Assembly: GCA_964570365.1 (NCBI GenBank)
Contig: CAZMXT010000001.1
Coordinates: 9,440-73,439, forward strand
Origin: an uncultured Pseudomonadales bacterium
GTDB lineage: Bacteria > Patescibacteriota > Microgenomatia > UBA1400 > PJMF01
Direction: 5' to 3'
Length of the DNA stretch: 64,000 bases
Shown: one piece after another, positions 19,331 through 29,413 of the stretch
How positions within the stretch are numbered: the stretch's first letter is position 1
Layout: every line of letters begins with the position of its first letter
The notes under the pieces: generated by a model
The model's input: the letters and a program-made list of their open reading frames with translations, nothing else
What the model was told of the DNA's origin: nothing
Database searches by the model: none
Position numbers and translations under genes: made by a program

Positions 19331-21154
19331 TTACCTATCTGGAGGAATATTCAGTAGTAAATACAGTTTGCTGGCAATGTCATACCAGAGAGGAGCTGCT
19401 GTTTCCGAGGCCCAGGGGGAACTACTTGGTTCACGTAGTTTTACAATCATAATAAAGCGCGGATTGTCTGCTGGAGCAAAGCCAATAAAGCTTGCAATCG
19501 TTTTTTTGGCGTCATAGTGACCATCGATAGGAATCTGGGCAGTGCCTGTCTTACCAGCGACTGAGTGAGTTTTAGAACTTATCCATTTTGCTTCACCCTG
19601 ACTAGCTGCATAGACCATCATCTCACTAACTGTCTTGGCAGTTTGTTCCGAGACCACTTGCCGTTCTTCAATCGGCTCCACTACCAACTTACTGCCTTGC
19701 TGGTGATCAATAACCTTTTCCACAATCGTAGGTCGCATCATTTTGCCGTGATTAGCAATTGCGCCCACTGCACGAACCATCTGCATCGCTGTAGTGGCTA
19801 CCCCCTGGCCAAATGAACTAGTAGCCACATCAATCTGCTTCCATTCCTTTCGTACTGGTGTGGCGGTATCTTCTTGGAGCTCAACTTTTATTTCTTCGCC
19901 AATTCCAAATTTCTTTATGTACTCTGGAAATTTTTCCTCCCCCATTAACTCAGCAATAAAGATCATGGCAATGTTATCTGACTTCGCAAGAGCATCCTTA
20001 ATCGTAATGTTTGGGTGATACTCATCATTCCAAGTCCGGATGGTGTATTGGTTAATTTTCCGAGGTTGATCACAGTTGGTGCAGATTGTATCTTCCTTAA
20101 TTAGACCCAGATCTATTGCCGCTGCAACAGTCAGGACTTTAAAAGTGGAGCCTGGTTCATACGTTTCTGCTAAAACAGGATTCTTATGACTGGTAGACTC
20201 AAAGTCATAGAAGTTTTCTGGATTATAATTTGGAAAGGCAGCTAGAGCTAAGATTTTCCCTGTGCTCGGCTCCATCACAATGACCTCACCACTAGCAGCG
20301 CCGTACTTTTCCATCCCTTTCTTGAGGGTTTCTTCTACTGCGTTCTGAACATCTCTGCGAATTGTCAGCACAATGTCTCTGCCATTAAGCTGAGCTTTTT
20401 TTTCACTAGTATCAAAAAGTAAGTGAAGGCCTAGCGCATCTTTAAGAAAAGTATTTTTCTGAGCATAGCCGTGTAGTTCCTTATCCAAAGCCCCTTCCAC
20501 TCCAAAGTATCCTTGGTCATTTCCCTCTGCATCTTTGCCCACAAATCCCAACGCATGAGCTGAAAGTGAAGCTTCCGGATAAACTCTGGTCTGATATCGC
20601 TCAAAACCTAAACCAAAAAAATTGAGGCTCTCAACTTGTTGCTTTACATTTCCGTCCAAACGTTGCTTCAGAGTAACCCACTTAGCGCTTGGGTCACTCA
20701 GTTTTTCTGTAATTCTTTGCCTGAGTTCCTCTTTTTGTAGAGCAACAATAGCTGCATCTGTGGCCAGTACAGGGTCAAGCTCGAGTAACAGTGGTGCTAA
20801 CTTATCAGCAATCAGTACAGGATCTTCTTTGAGCAAATGTGGCTGAGCAAAGAGCCGATAGACATTTTTATTGCCGGCCAAAGTATAGCCATCACTAGTA
20901 AAGATTTTTCCCCGCTGAGCAGGTAGGGTGACTGTACGAGTATATTGACTCTCTGCTTGAGCCTGCAGCACTGAGCTATGAAAGACTTGCCAGTAAAATA
21001 GCCGAACTCCGATCCCAAATAAAAAAAGGTACAGGGTCAATAAAACAATTTTTGAACGTTGAAACGTATGCCGGCTTACTTTAGATGTAGAGTGGTCAAA
21101 CGAGGACCTTTTCTCAGGGGTGCGTGAAACATAGTCGTTGAAAGGTTTGGGCAT
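19331..21154 (-). CDS. ftsI: Class B penicillin-binding protein (FtsI)
   Basis: N-terminal TM, RGKI, RVYP, EPGSTFK (SxxK), SDN (SxN), KTGTAQ; dcw position. Confidence 0.93.
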   Translation of the reverse strand: MPKPFNDYVSRTPEKRSSFDHSTSKVSRHTFQRSKIVLLTLYLFLFGIGVRLFYWQVFHSSVLQAQAESQYTRTVTLPAQRGKIFTSDGYTLAGNKNVYRLFAQPHLLKEDPVLIADKLAPLLLELDPVLATDAAIVALQKEELRQRITEKLSDPSAKWVTLKQRLDGNVKQQVESLNFFGLGFERYQTRVYPEASLSAHALGFVGKDAEGNDQGYFGVEGALDKELHGYAQKNTFLKDALGLHLLFDTSEKKAQLNGRDIVLTIRRDVQNAVEETLKKGMEKYGAASGEVIVMEPSTGKILALAAFPNYNPENFYDFESTSHKNPVLAETYEPGSTFKVLTVAAAIDLGLIKEDTICTNCDQPRKINQYTIRTWNDEYHPNITIKDALAKSDNIAMIFIAELMGEEKFPEYIKKFGIGEEIKVELQEDTATPVRKEWKQIDVATSSFGQGVATTAMQMVRAVGAIANHGKMMRPTIVEKVIDHQQGSKLVVEPIEERQVVSEQTAKTVSEMMVYAASQGEAKWISSKTHSVAGKTGTAQIPIDGHYDAKKTIASFIGFAPADNPRFIMIVKLREPSSSPWASETAAPLWYDIASKLYLLLNIPPDR

Positions 21155-21189
21155 TCGTATACTTTCACGTAGTATGTATCAAAAACGGC

Positions 21190-21483
21190 TTAGCGAGAAG
21201 CGACTGCTGCGTGAGTCTTAACCTGGGTAATTTTGGAGATAGACAAGAAACCACTGCGACTCGCATCCTCTGCCAACTCTGATAAGGAGAGCTCCAGAGT
21301 AGTAGCCAGCTCTAGTTCATACTTTTTTTCAGCTAATACTGCCCTCTGCCTGTCTAATCCGGCTATTTGCTGTCCATATGAAACATGAGTACTGCCTACA
21401 GCAATAGTCCAGGCAATCATACTTAAGGTGATCGTGACTAATGAAAAGTAGTAGATGGTTGAAAAATGCGTATTCATATTCAT
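21190..21483 (-). CDS. Putative FtsL-like protein
   Basis: Small protein with one TM followed by a coiled-coil-like segment and A..GF; occupies the canonical ftsL slot between rsmH and ftsI. Confidence 0.65.
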   Translation of the reverse strand: MNMNTHFSTIYYFSLVTITLSMIAWTIAVGSTHVSYGQQIAGLDRQRAVLAEKKYELELATTLELSLSELAEDASRSGFLSISKITQVKTHAAVASR

Positions 21484-22376
21484 ATTCTTTTCTCGAAAAT
21501 TCTCATTTTTGCACTACGCGAACGGTTGTTGCGTTCTATTTCTTCTATCTGTGGCGTTATGACCTTGTGAGTTATGTGGGTTCCTTTATTTGCTCCTTCC
21601 CAATCTCGAAAGAGCAACTTTACGATTCGATCTTCCCCTTCATGGAAGCTAATGGTGATGATCCTACCTCCGGCTTTTACCGCCTCATATGCCAGCGGGA
21701 GGGCTGTTTCTATACTGTCCAGCTCTGAGTTCACAATGATTCGTAAAGCTTGAAACACTTTCGTGGCAGGATGGAGATGTGCCCCTCGGTAAGTCTGCGC
21801 TTGCTCAATAATCTGCACTAGCTGTCCGACCATGTTGATTGGTTGACGCTGACGACTCATCACAATTACGTGTGCAATCTTTTTGCTGGCTCTTTCCCCA
21901 CCGTACTTCCAAAATGTCTCAGTGAGCTGTTGCTCAGACAGAAGATTAATTAAATCCTTTGCCTTTACCCCTAACCGATCGTCCATCCTCATATCTAGCT
22001 GCGCATCATGCTGAAAGCTAAAACCTCGGTGAGTGCTCTCAAGTTGGGGACTGCTGACTCCAAAATCAAAGAAAACCCCAGCAAACTCTAGAATCTGATG
22101 TTGGGTACGAACTTGATCTATCACTTTTTTTAATTGATCAAAGTTTTCTCTAATCAGAACAAGCTTTCCTCGTTCTAGCTCGCTTTTGAAGTTTTGCTGA
22201 CCAAACTCGATAGCTTCCTGATCACAATCGAGAGCCACAACTTGGCCTCCCTTCTCCAAAATCAGGCGTGTATGCCCGCCACGACCAAATGTCGCATCTA
22301 GGTACCAGCTGCCTGATTGAATCTGCAGCGCAGCAATCACCTCCTGAGGTAAAACTGATGTGTGACCACTATTCAT
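21480..22376 (-). CDS. rsmH: 16S rRNA m4C1402 methyltransferase
   Basis: HTSVL, DATFGRGGH, GVSSPQL, RGFSF, LDMRMD, HPATKVFQALRI, NRSRSAKMR. Confidence 0.97.
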   Translation of the reverse strand: MNSGHTSVLPQEVIAALQIQSGSWYLDATFGRGGHTRLILEKGGQVVALDCDQEAIEFGQQNFKSELERGKLVLIRENFDQLKKVIDQVRTQHQILEFAGVFFDFGVSSPQLESTHRGFSFQHDAQLDMRMDDRLGVKAKDLINLLSEQQLTETFWKYGGERASKKIAHVIVMSRQRQPINMVGQLVQIIEQAQTYRGAHLHPATKVFQALRIIVNSELDSIETALPLAYEAVKAGGRIITISFHEGEDRIVKLLFRDWEGANKGTHITHKVITPQIEEIERNNRSRSAKMRIFEKRI

Positions 22377-22384
22377 AACTTCCT

Positions 22385-22816
22385 TTAATATCCAGCTACT
22401 GTTTCCACTTGCTCAGCAATGCTTTCTGCCTGCTGAATAAGTTGGTCTAGGTATTGGTGATAGATCTTTACGTCCCAAATCTCGATTCGTTGGAGACTTC
22501 CAACTACAACGAGTTCTTTTGTGAGCTGGGCAGATGCTCGCAAAAATTCGGGAATTAAGATTCTACCGCCAGTGTCAACTTCAACCTCAGCTGCATCATT
22601 TGTCATTAACCGCACAAAATCGCGCTGAGCTTTTTTCGTAAAGGTGTAGCTACTGATCTTGGTCATCTGTTTTTCAAAGTCATGCTTTGGAAAAAGGAAT
22701 AAACCTCCATCGAGTCCTCGGGTTATAACCCACAGTTTTTCCAGCTCACGGAATGATTTAGGTAGGGAGAGCCGCCCTTTCTCTTCTAGATTGTGGTAAT
22801 ATCTTCCGATAAACAT
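22385..22816 (-). CDS. mraZ: Division/cell wall cluster transcriptional repressor MraZ
   Basis: MFIGRY, KGRLSLP, VDTGGRILIP, RIEIWD; first gene of the dcw cluster. Confidence 0.96.
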   Translation of the reverse strand: MFIGRYYHNLEEKGRLSLPKSFRELEKLWVITRGLDGGLFLFPKHDFEKQMTKISSYTFTKKAQRDFVRLMTNDAAEVEVDTGGRILIPEFLRASAQLTKELVVVGSLQRIEIWDVKIYHQYLDQLIQQAESIAEQVETVAGY

Positions 22817-22825
22817 TTATAAGAT

Positions 22826-22855
22826 ACTTTACCATAGTTCACCACTTCTAATAAC
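22826..22855 (-). promoter_or_regulatory. Putative dcw promoter with MraZ operator boxes
   Basis: Minus strand GTGGT (22845-22841) and ATGGT (22835-22831) are exactly 10 nt apart. The second overlaps an extended -10-like TGgTAAAGT 9 nt before the mraZ ATG. MraZ is known to bind GTGG/TGG repeats at 10-bp periodicity. Confidence 0.55.
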
Positions 22856-22928
22856 AGTAACTATTGCACACCTTATTTAGCCTGTAAAGACCAAGGAAAT
22901 CCGAAACATCTCAGTGGGTAATAATTAC

Positions 22929-22958
22929 AAAAAAGGCCACCATTTATTGGTAGCCTTT
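22929..22958 (-). terminator. Intrinsic terminator upstream of the dcw cluster
   Basis: Minus strand AAAGGCTACCA-ATAAA-TGGTGGCC-TTTTTT, about 20 nt after the stop at 22981. Confidence 0.8.
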
Positions 22959-22980
22959 GAGGTCTTTATAACAAGATGGG

Positions 22981-23787
22981 TTATTTTTTCAATACTAAGT
23001 AGAGTGGTAACAAATCAACTTCGGCTGTGAAACTCTTGCCGTCGCCCTTTGCAGGAAATTCTTGCCAACTTCGGCCATTCCAAGCTGAAATCACGGCAGT
23101 TGTTGCTGCTTCGCTTGCTCTGATGATAATGCTGGCCTTACCCTTTAATGGGCTACTGGTGGTCAATGAGTAGACTTCAGAAATAACAGTGCCCGTTGGA
23201 GATTTTGGATACCCGGGAGAGTTAAAGATAACCAAGTGTCGCTGTGTAGCTAAATCTTTACTCTCAATCTGGAACTTAGCATCTTTTGAACTGTACTCAG
23301 TCTCACGGGTAGTATTTTCAAAATACTTCCACTCTGATTTGAGCGCGTAGTTTTCAGGACCAGTGTAACGAGTTAACAAACTGCCCCCCTTGACATCTCT
23401 ATGATATGTACAGGCTCCACCCGCACTACAGCTTCCAAATAAAATATCTTTGGTCACTGGCAAAGCAGAAAGTGCCAACTCACCAAAAGCTCCTTGCAAC
23501 AGTTCTCCGGCTTGATACTCTAGCTCATACTCTACCTGATCAGCCGGCTTTTTTACTTCATTAAAGCTGATCAGTACATTTCGACCACTACTTTGGGGAA
23601 TGATCTCAATAAAGGGTCGTTCACTGACAGGAATAATGTTCAATGAGTCAGCTTTGCGTTTCTTTTTTGGTTCAGTTTGAGCCTGCTCAGCTGGTTTGGA
23701 ACGAACTCTAGTAAAAGCAAAAATTCCTCCGCCTACTAGAAGCAGCGCTACTATAATTCCAATGATAGTCATGTTTCGTTTATTCAT
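22981..23787 (-). CDS. Hypothetical membrane-anchored extracytoplasmic protein
   Basis: Basic N-terminus and one TM, then a beta-rich domain with VEYELEY and GSCSAGGAC (Cys pair). Start refined to ATG 23787. Confidence 0.7.
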   Translation of the reverse strand: MNKRNMTIIGIIVALLLVGGGIFAFTRVRSKPAEQAQTEPKKKRKADSLNIIPVSERPFIEIIPQSSGRNVLISFNEVKKPADQVEYELEYQAGELLQGAFGELALSALPVTKDILFGSCSAGGACTYHRDVKGGSLLTRYTGPENYALKSEWKYFENTTRETEYSSKDAKFQIESKDLATQRHLVIFNSPGYPKSPTGTVISEVYSLTTSSPLKGKASIIIRASEAATTAVISAWNGRSWQEFPAKGDGKSFTAEVDLLPLYLVLKK

Positions 23788-23840
23788 ATTGATCCCTGAA
23801 GATAAGTTTCTGATCAAGTGTAGGAAATAAGTGTACCATA

Positions 23841-24389
23841 TCAGGTAGGTCTAATGGTCAAATAATCATAACTACGAAGTGGGCGCTCTGCTACACTGGC
23901 TGCATACTCTAAAACTGAAGTGTATGGTGTGTCATGAAGATTTTGATATCCAAGTTGAACCAAAATTTCTATGAGCTTGTTTTGGATAGAGGAAAAAGAA
24001 GCAGTATCACCACTTAACTCTTCCAAGATACTTAGGACCTGAACAAAGATTTCTTCTTCTGCCGAATCTTCTGAAAAAAGTACGTCTATAATTTCTAAAA
24101 TCTCGACCAGCTTCTTCATACTCATCAAATTCTTTTTCGATTCTGAAAAATCATTAATCAGGCTGGTTTGAGTAAGGATGGGCAAAGACTTGGTGTACTG
24201 TAGATACACTTTGACATAATTTCCCGGTTCCAGGTATGCTCTTTGGCTAGAGCTCATCTTTCTGACCCCTTTAGCAATGCAGACCAACTTACCTTGGCCA
24301 GGCGTAAAAAGTGTTACTACCCGATCAGTTTCACCGGTATTTACGCGCTTAATAATAAGTGCTTCTGTTGAGAGGCTGTGTACGGACAT
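23841..24389 (-). CDS. recO: DNA repair protein RecO (short)
   Basis: GETDRVVTLFTPGQGKLVCIAKGVRK OB-fold N-terminus; TGATG overlap with the upstream gene. Confidence 0.88.
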   Translation of the reverse strand: MSVHSLSTEALIIKRVNTGETDRVVTLFTPGQGKLVCIAKGVRKMSSSQRAYLEPGNYVKVYLQYTKSLPILTQTSLINDFSESKKNLMSMKKLVEILEIIDVLFSEDSAEEEIFVQVLSILEELSGDTASFSSIQNKLIEILVQLGYQNLHDTPYTSVLEYAASVAERPLRSYDYLTIRPT

Positions 24390-26419
24390 CAATTAAAAGG
24401 GGCGGTAAAGACAATATCTTTATCCATGGTGACAAATCCTTCTTCACCATTTACATCAATCGTTACTGGTACAGGACTAATTCCACCCTGTTTCCACATT
24501 TTTATTTTATATTCCTGGGTATTACTGTAAGGTATTGTGTAGTCAATCTGAATTTTGGCCTGACTTAATGGCTCGAGTATGAACTCACCATCAATGACCG
24601 TAAATTCACCTTGGTCATACTGTTTGACGCTTCCTTGGCGGAATCCTTGGGAGTTCGTTAACTTGGCGCCCTTAGGCAAGTAGATTCTATTCCAGTCTCT
24701 GAGCGTTGAGTTCAAACAAAGTAAGCCAGCTTCTAAGTTACAATTATCGCCACGTCTGGAGTTCTTGTAGGTGACAGTTACTTTCTTCGTTAACTCACCA
24801 TTACTTGGCACCCCTACTTCTTGGGCAACTTCATACGTCACAAAGAGATTTGACTTCGCACCACCCAAGTTGGCATCAACAATCGCTAAGAAGTCTTCAG
24901 CATCGGGATCTTTCTCCAAACGACCAGCTGCATGAACTTTTTGGGCAGCTGCTTGCGCCGCTTCATCAAAGAAGTACATTTGCGCATGTCTACCTTGGAC
25001 ATTCTTCCAGCCAATATCGAAGAGTTGTGGCCACTGAGTCTTAGGCGCTGAGTAGGCCTTATCTAAGATTGCCCTCATCATTGGGCCTAAAATACCTTTT
25101 CTATCTGTACGCAAGTATGGAGTGGGTCGAGTGATGATCTCTGACAATGCATAAATAATTTGTGGACAATCACATTTAGGAGAGTTCTCAGCACTAAAGG
25201 TCCCATAGCCAGGGATCTCAATCGGACCAAGCACTTTGACTAGATCAGTTAACACTTGAGTATCGACCGCAATAATACCATCCAAGTCTTTGGGCTCCCC
25301 TGGCAAGTCTTTATAGTAGGTCAAGAACTGATCCATTGACTCTTTAAAGTCTGGGGAGGTGTTCATGTCTCGGAGGTTCCAGTACTTTTCAGTGGTTAAG
25401 TATTTTCCTAACACTTCTGGAATTGGCACGCGCTTAGTGAACTTTTTATCAAGTTCGTAGATGTCATCTGATTTCTCTGGAGTAACTTTGCCATTTTCCA
25501 CAAAAATAACTGAGTAAGCAGTTAAAAAGCCACCAGTGGGACGGAGCTCGTTATCATTCTGGAATAAAATAAAGTACTTCTTTCGCTTTCCATCTCCACC
25601 CAATACCGCTGGGATTCTCTCAATCACTGGCCTAAACTCAGTTAAAGCTGAAGCCGCGCCCGCACTGACACTTTGCGCTTGTACAACTTGAGCTCTCACC
25701 TCACGACCTCTAAAGGTCTCTGGATATCTTTTGGCATCAATGAGCGCTAATTCAGTCTTCACCTTTTCTAAATCTCCACCAATATCGTCCAGAACTGGGG
25801 TAATTTTTTCAAGGGTTTGCAAAATTAACTTCAAACGATCTTCTGCCGTTCCTCCGGTAAAGGTACCTTCTCCAGAGAAACCTAGCACATCTGCATATGG
25901 CGTAATGGCTGCCAGTGTCTTTAAACCTCCAGAAACACCAGCGTCAGCGGCATTCAGTCCATGCACGCCATCAAGGTAGTAGGCTCGAGCAATTGGGATA
26001 GTCTGATAAAAGCTGAGTCTATTGTAGGTAGTACGAACGTCTTTCAACTTTCCTTCGACATCTTTTAGCGCCTGTTCAGCAGCCGGTAAGTTCTGAGCCT
26101 TAAATTGGTCATAGGCTCCACGACCAAGGACTTGCGCCTCACTCGCTTGTACTTGTAACTGACGGGCTATACTCATGGTGTAGATGCCTACAGCCCCTAC
26201 TAAACTGCCTAGCACTATAGATACCACTAATACTCCAGCTCCAACTTTTTGCCACTTCTTCGACAGGAGCCTCCTTCGTGAGTTACTAGCCTGGATGGTG
26301 GAGGTTCCTAGATCCGGAGCAAAATTCCTTAGCAGGGTCGGGTTGGGCGTAGTGTCTGCCAAACTAGGACTCACTACTGAGTTCGGTTGAGGTTGAGCTG
26401 AAAGCTGAGAATCTACCAT
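24389..26419 (-). CDS. DUF4012 domain-containing membrane-anchored protein
   Basis: TM plus long helical region, then LFQNDNELRPTGGF, LRDMNTSPDF, DGIIAVD, NLGGAKSN. This family is commonly found beside polysaccharide loci. Confidence 0.88.
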   Translation of the reverse strand: MVDSQLSAQPQPNSVVSPSLADTTPNPTLLRNFAPDLGTSTIQASNSRRRLLSKKWQKVGAGVLVVSIVLGSLVGAVGIYTMSIARQLQVQASEAQVLGRGAYDQFKAQNLPAAEQALKDVEGKLKDVRTTYNRLSFYQTIPIARAYYLDGVHGLNAADAGVSGGLKTLAAITPYADVLGFSGEGTFTGGTAEDRLKLILQTLEKITPVLDDIGGDLEKVKTELALIDAKRYPETFRGREVRAQVVQAQSVSAGAASALTEFRPVIERIPAVLGGDGKRKKYFILFQNDNELRPTGGFLTAYSVIFVENGKVTPEKSDDIYELDKKFTKRVPIPEVLGKYLTTEKYWNLRDMNTSPDFKESMDQFLTYYKDLPGEPKDLDGIIAVDTQVLTDLVKVLGPIEIPGYGTFSAENSPKCDCPQIIYALSEIITRPTPYLRTDRKGILGPMMRAILDKAYSAPKTQWPQLFDIGWKNVQGRHAQMYFFDEAAQAAAQKVHAAGRLEKDPDAEDFLAIVDANLGGAKSNLFVTYEVAQEVGVPSNGELTKKVTVTYKNSRRGDNCNLEAGLLCLNSTLRDWNRIYLPKGAKLTNSQGFRQGSVKQYDQGEFTVIDGEFILEPLSQAKIQIDYTIPYSNTQEYKIKMWKQGGISPVPVTIDVNGEEGFVTMDKDIVFTAPFN

Positions 26420-26488
26420 AAGAAATAAGTATAAGAAAAAAGTAGTCTTTTTGTAACTATTACAATAAATATCAAAAGCTATGGTATT

Positions 26489-27136
26489 TTACCATTTTGA
26501 GATCATCGCACGGGGAGTACGATACAAAATTTGAATATCCTTCAGCAAAGAGGCTTGGGTTGCATACTCTGCATCCATCTTGGCTCGTTGAGCAAAAGGG
26601 ATTTCATTTCGCCCACTAGTCTGCCATGGTCCAGTAATACCAGGCTTTACGGACAGAATTGCATCAGTATATTGCTGAGTCTCTGGGTACCTCTTCGCTT
26701 GCTCTTCTAGCTCTTTCCTAACATAAGCCCGAGGACCCACCATGCTCATCTCTCCCCTAAGCACATTAAATAACTGAGGAAATTCATCGATCGTAAGTGA
26801 GCGAATCACCTTACCTAATCGGGTGATACGAGGGTCGTCTTCAAGCTTCCAGTCGCTACTTTTAAACTTCTCTAACAGAGCTTTATTTTGACGATGCAGA
26901 ATATCATCAGCATCTTGGACCATGGAGCGAAATTTATAGAGAGAAAAATCTTTGCCACCTTTTCCCACCCGGCGATGCTTAAAAAGGACTGGCCGGCCAG
27001 AGTCAAAGTAAATCAGCAAAGGGACAATAAACCAGATCGGCAAGAAAATAATACTGAGCATGAGCGCCACAATAATATCTAAAATTCTTTTTTGTTGCTC
27101 GTAGGACATCATGGGAAGACCATTAAATATTTTCAC
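26489..27136 (-). CDS. Priming sugar-phosphate transferase (Bac_transf family)
   Basis: KRILDI, RVGKGG, KFRSM, DPRITRLG, IDEFPQLFNVLRGEMSMVGPR, KPGITGPWQ. Confidence 0.95.
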   Translation of the reverse strand: MKIFNGLPMMSYEQQKRILDIIVALMLSIIFLPIWFIVPLLIYFDSGRPVLFKHRRVGKGGKDFSLYKFRSMVQDADDILHRQNKALLEKFKSSDWKLEDDPRITRLGKVIRSLTIDEFPQLFNVLRGEMSMVGPRAYVRKELEEQAKRYPETQQYTDAILSVKPGITGPWQTSGRNEIPFAQRAKMDAEYATQASLLKDIQILYRTPRAMISKW

Positions 27137-27156
27137 TCATTAATTTATAATGAAAG

Positions 27157-28260
27157 TTATAAGAATTCTTTTTTGCCTTCTTCCTTGAGGCGTTCCACCA
27201 TTTTTTTGACGTCTTGGCTGCGGGCTTTTGGAGCAATCAGTAAGATTTCGTCAGTATCAACAATAATCATATCATTTAAACCTATTAAACCTATGAGGCG
27301 ACCGTTTCCATGAATTAGATTACCATGGGAGTTTAGAGCTATGGTATTGTCAGTCTCCCCATCTCCGACGACCACATTTCCCTGATGGTCTTTCTTGCCT
27401 AAGTCGTACACCACTTTCCAATCACCGACGTCATTCCAACCAAAGTCACCTGGAATGAGCACTAAATTATTGGCCTTTTCTGAGATGGCGTAATCAATTG
27501 AAATAGCTGATGATTCAGCATAAATTTTTACTAGTTCCTGTTGAAAGTCACCATTGGCTAGTGTTGGAAGTTTTTCAGTCAGCTTATAAAGATCAGGCAT
27601 AAAAGCTTCGAAAGCTTGTTGGAGCGCCGTTGCTGACCAAACATACATATTGGCATTCCAAAAGTACCGTCCCGTGGAGAGGAAAGCTCGAGCAGTCGTT
27701 TCATTGGGTTTTTCAGTAAAACTATCTACCTTAAAGAGTGGCAACCCGGAGCTGGTGTTTTGTAAATGTTCCCCACTTTTAATATAGCCAAAAGCAGTAT
27801 CTGGTCTGGTAGGTGTAATCCCGACTGCAACCAAGTACTTGCCAGAGCTCGCAATTTGGACAGCGGCTTCCATGACTCTAGTAAACTCTGCTTCATCGCC
27901 AATTACATGGTCAGAAGCCCCATTCATGACTATTGCATCTGGATCTTTAGACATAGCAAAAAGAGCGCCCGTTAGCATGGCGAGAGCTGTATCTTTTTTT
28001 TCTGGCTCTGCAATCACATTCTCTTGAGAGATCTGTGGAAGCTGAGCTTTAATATCTTCTACATAGTTTTTATTCGTGACGACAATAATTCTCTCCCAAG
28101 GCACAATTTTGAGTAAGCGGCCAGCTGCAACCTGAACCATGCTATCTTTGCCCGTTAACTTGAGAAATTGCTTAGGGGTTTTGTTCCTCGACTTTGGCCA
28201 AAGTCTGGTCCCACCTCCACCTGCCAAGATTACTCCATATACGTGCGCTGTGTCGATCAT
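27157..28260 (-). CDS. manC: Mannose-1-phosphate guanylyltransferase
   Basis: ILAGGGGTRLWPKSR..PKQF, FTEKP, ISIDYAI, FGWNDVG. Start refined to ATG 28260 (ATGA overlap). Confidence 0.93.
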   Translation of the reverse strand: MIDTAHVYGVILAGGGGTRLWPKSRNKTPKQFLKLTGKDSMVQVAAGRLLKIVPWERIIVVTNKNYVEDIKAQLPQISQENVIAEPEKKDTALAMLTGALFAMSKDPDAIVMNGASDHVIGDEAEFTRVMEAAVQIASSGKYLVAVGITPTRPDTAFGYIKSGEHLQNTSSGLPLFKVDSFTEKPNETTARAFLSTGRYFWNANMYVWSATALQQAFEAFMPDLYKLTEKLPTLANGDFQQELVKIYAESSAISIDYAISEKANNLVLIPGDFGWNDVGDWKVVYDLGKKDHQGNVVVGDGETDNTIALNSHGNLIHGNGRLIGLIGLNDMIIVDTDEILLIAPKARSQDVKKMVERLKEEGKKEFL

Positions 28261-29405
28261 AACTTCCTTTCTTTCCATGCCCTCTCTACTGCTTGCTTAA
28301 ACTGAGCTTGAAACTGCTTTTTTGTGTACTTCGCGCTGTTCTGCTGGATAGCTTCAATATCCCATCTAATTGTTTGACTTCGCTTTATTGCTTGACTCAA
28401 AGACTCAGGTGTTTGAGCTAGAAAGTGAACACCATGCTGACCATCTTCAATCAGCTCAGCGGCACCACTTTTTCCAAAAATAATCACTGGTTTGCCATAT
28501 GCTTGAGCTTCAATCGCCGTAATACCAAAGTCTTCTTCTCCAGGAGCCAGAAAGGCTTTGCAGCTGGTGTAGTATCCCCCAATATCACCTAATTGTACAG
28601 CTTCAGTAAAGATAACTTTAGAGACTGATCTCGCCTTGGAGGCTAACTTCTGGAGTCTCTTTAAATCTGGTCCTGCACCTACCACCACCAAGTTCCAGCC
28701 TTCTCTTTGGCAAACTTCTATCGCCAAGTCTATCCGTTTGTATGGAACTATACGCGCAATTATCAGGTAAAACTCATTCTTTTGAATCGCAAGAGCTTTA
28801 AGGCGCTGCGGCAACTCAGATGTTTTATCAATCTGCAACGAGACGGGGGGGTATATTACCTCAGCAGTTTGACGCTGATAATATTCTTCGCAGCGCTGTT
28901 TGACCAACTTGGAGATCGGAATTAGTGCATCTGGCCTGAGTGCCGCAGCCGTGTCCCACCACTGGAGATACTTAAAAACTAGCTGCCTGAGCCAACCTGT
29001 CAGCCAATCAGCTTGATACTCATCTCGATGACTCCAGAGATACCGAGTAGGGGTCAGCAAGTAACAAATATGAAGTTGCTGGGGCAAGCTTAAAATTCCT
29101 TTTGCCTCAGCACTGGTCACTGAAATAATAATGTCAAAGTTTTTTAAGTTGTGCGACTCAAAAGCTATAGGCATTAAAGCTGCTAAAAGACGATGGCGTT
29201 GTTTTGCCCAGGGTATTTTCTGTAAAAAACTCGGCTTTACCTGAAAGGAATTTGCCCACTGAGCAGCTTGAGCGTCATGTAGAGCCGTAAAAAGTGGCGC
29301 TTTAGGAAAAAGCTCGTGCAGGGCAAGCAAAATATTCTCAGCTCCACCGTATCGAGTATTAACTCGGTCATAGACCAGGGCGACTGTAGGGGGGGAACTT
29401 GGCAT
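28257..29405 (-). CDS. GT4 glycosyltransferase (WbaZ-like mannosyltransferase)
   Basis: GGAE, TPTRYLW, RIVPYKRIDL, EEDFGITAIEAQAYGKPV; adjacent to manC. Confidence 0.9.
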   Translation of the reverse strand: MPSSPPTVALVYDRVNTRYGGAENILLALHELFPKAPLFTALHDAQAAQWANSFQVKPSFLQKIPWAKQRHRLLAALMPIAFESHNLKNFDIIISVTSAEAKGILSLPQQLHICYLLTPTRYLWSHRDEYQADWLTGWLRQLVFKYLQWWDTAAALRPDALIPISKLVKQRCEEYYQRQTAEVIYPPVSLQIDKTSELPQRLKALAIQKNEFYLIIARIVPYKRIDLAIEVCQREGWNLVVVGAGPDLKRLQKLASKARSVSKVIFTEAVQLGDIGGYYTSCKAFLAPGEEDFGITAIEAQAYGKPVIIFGKSGAAELIEDGQHGVHFLAQTPESLSQAIKRSQTIRWDIEAIQQNSAKYTKKQFQAQFKQAVERAWKERKL

Positions 29406-29413
29406 AAGAAAGA

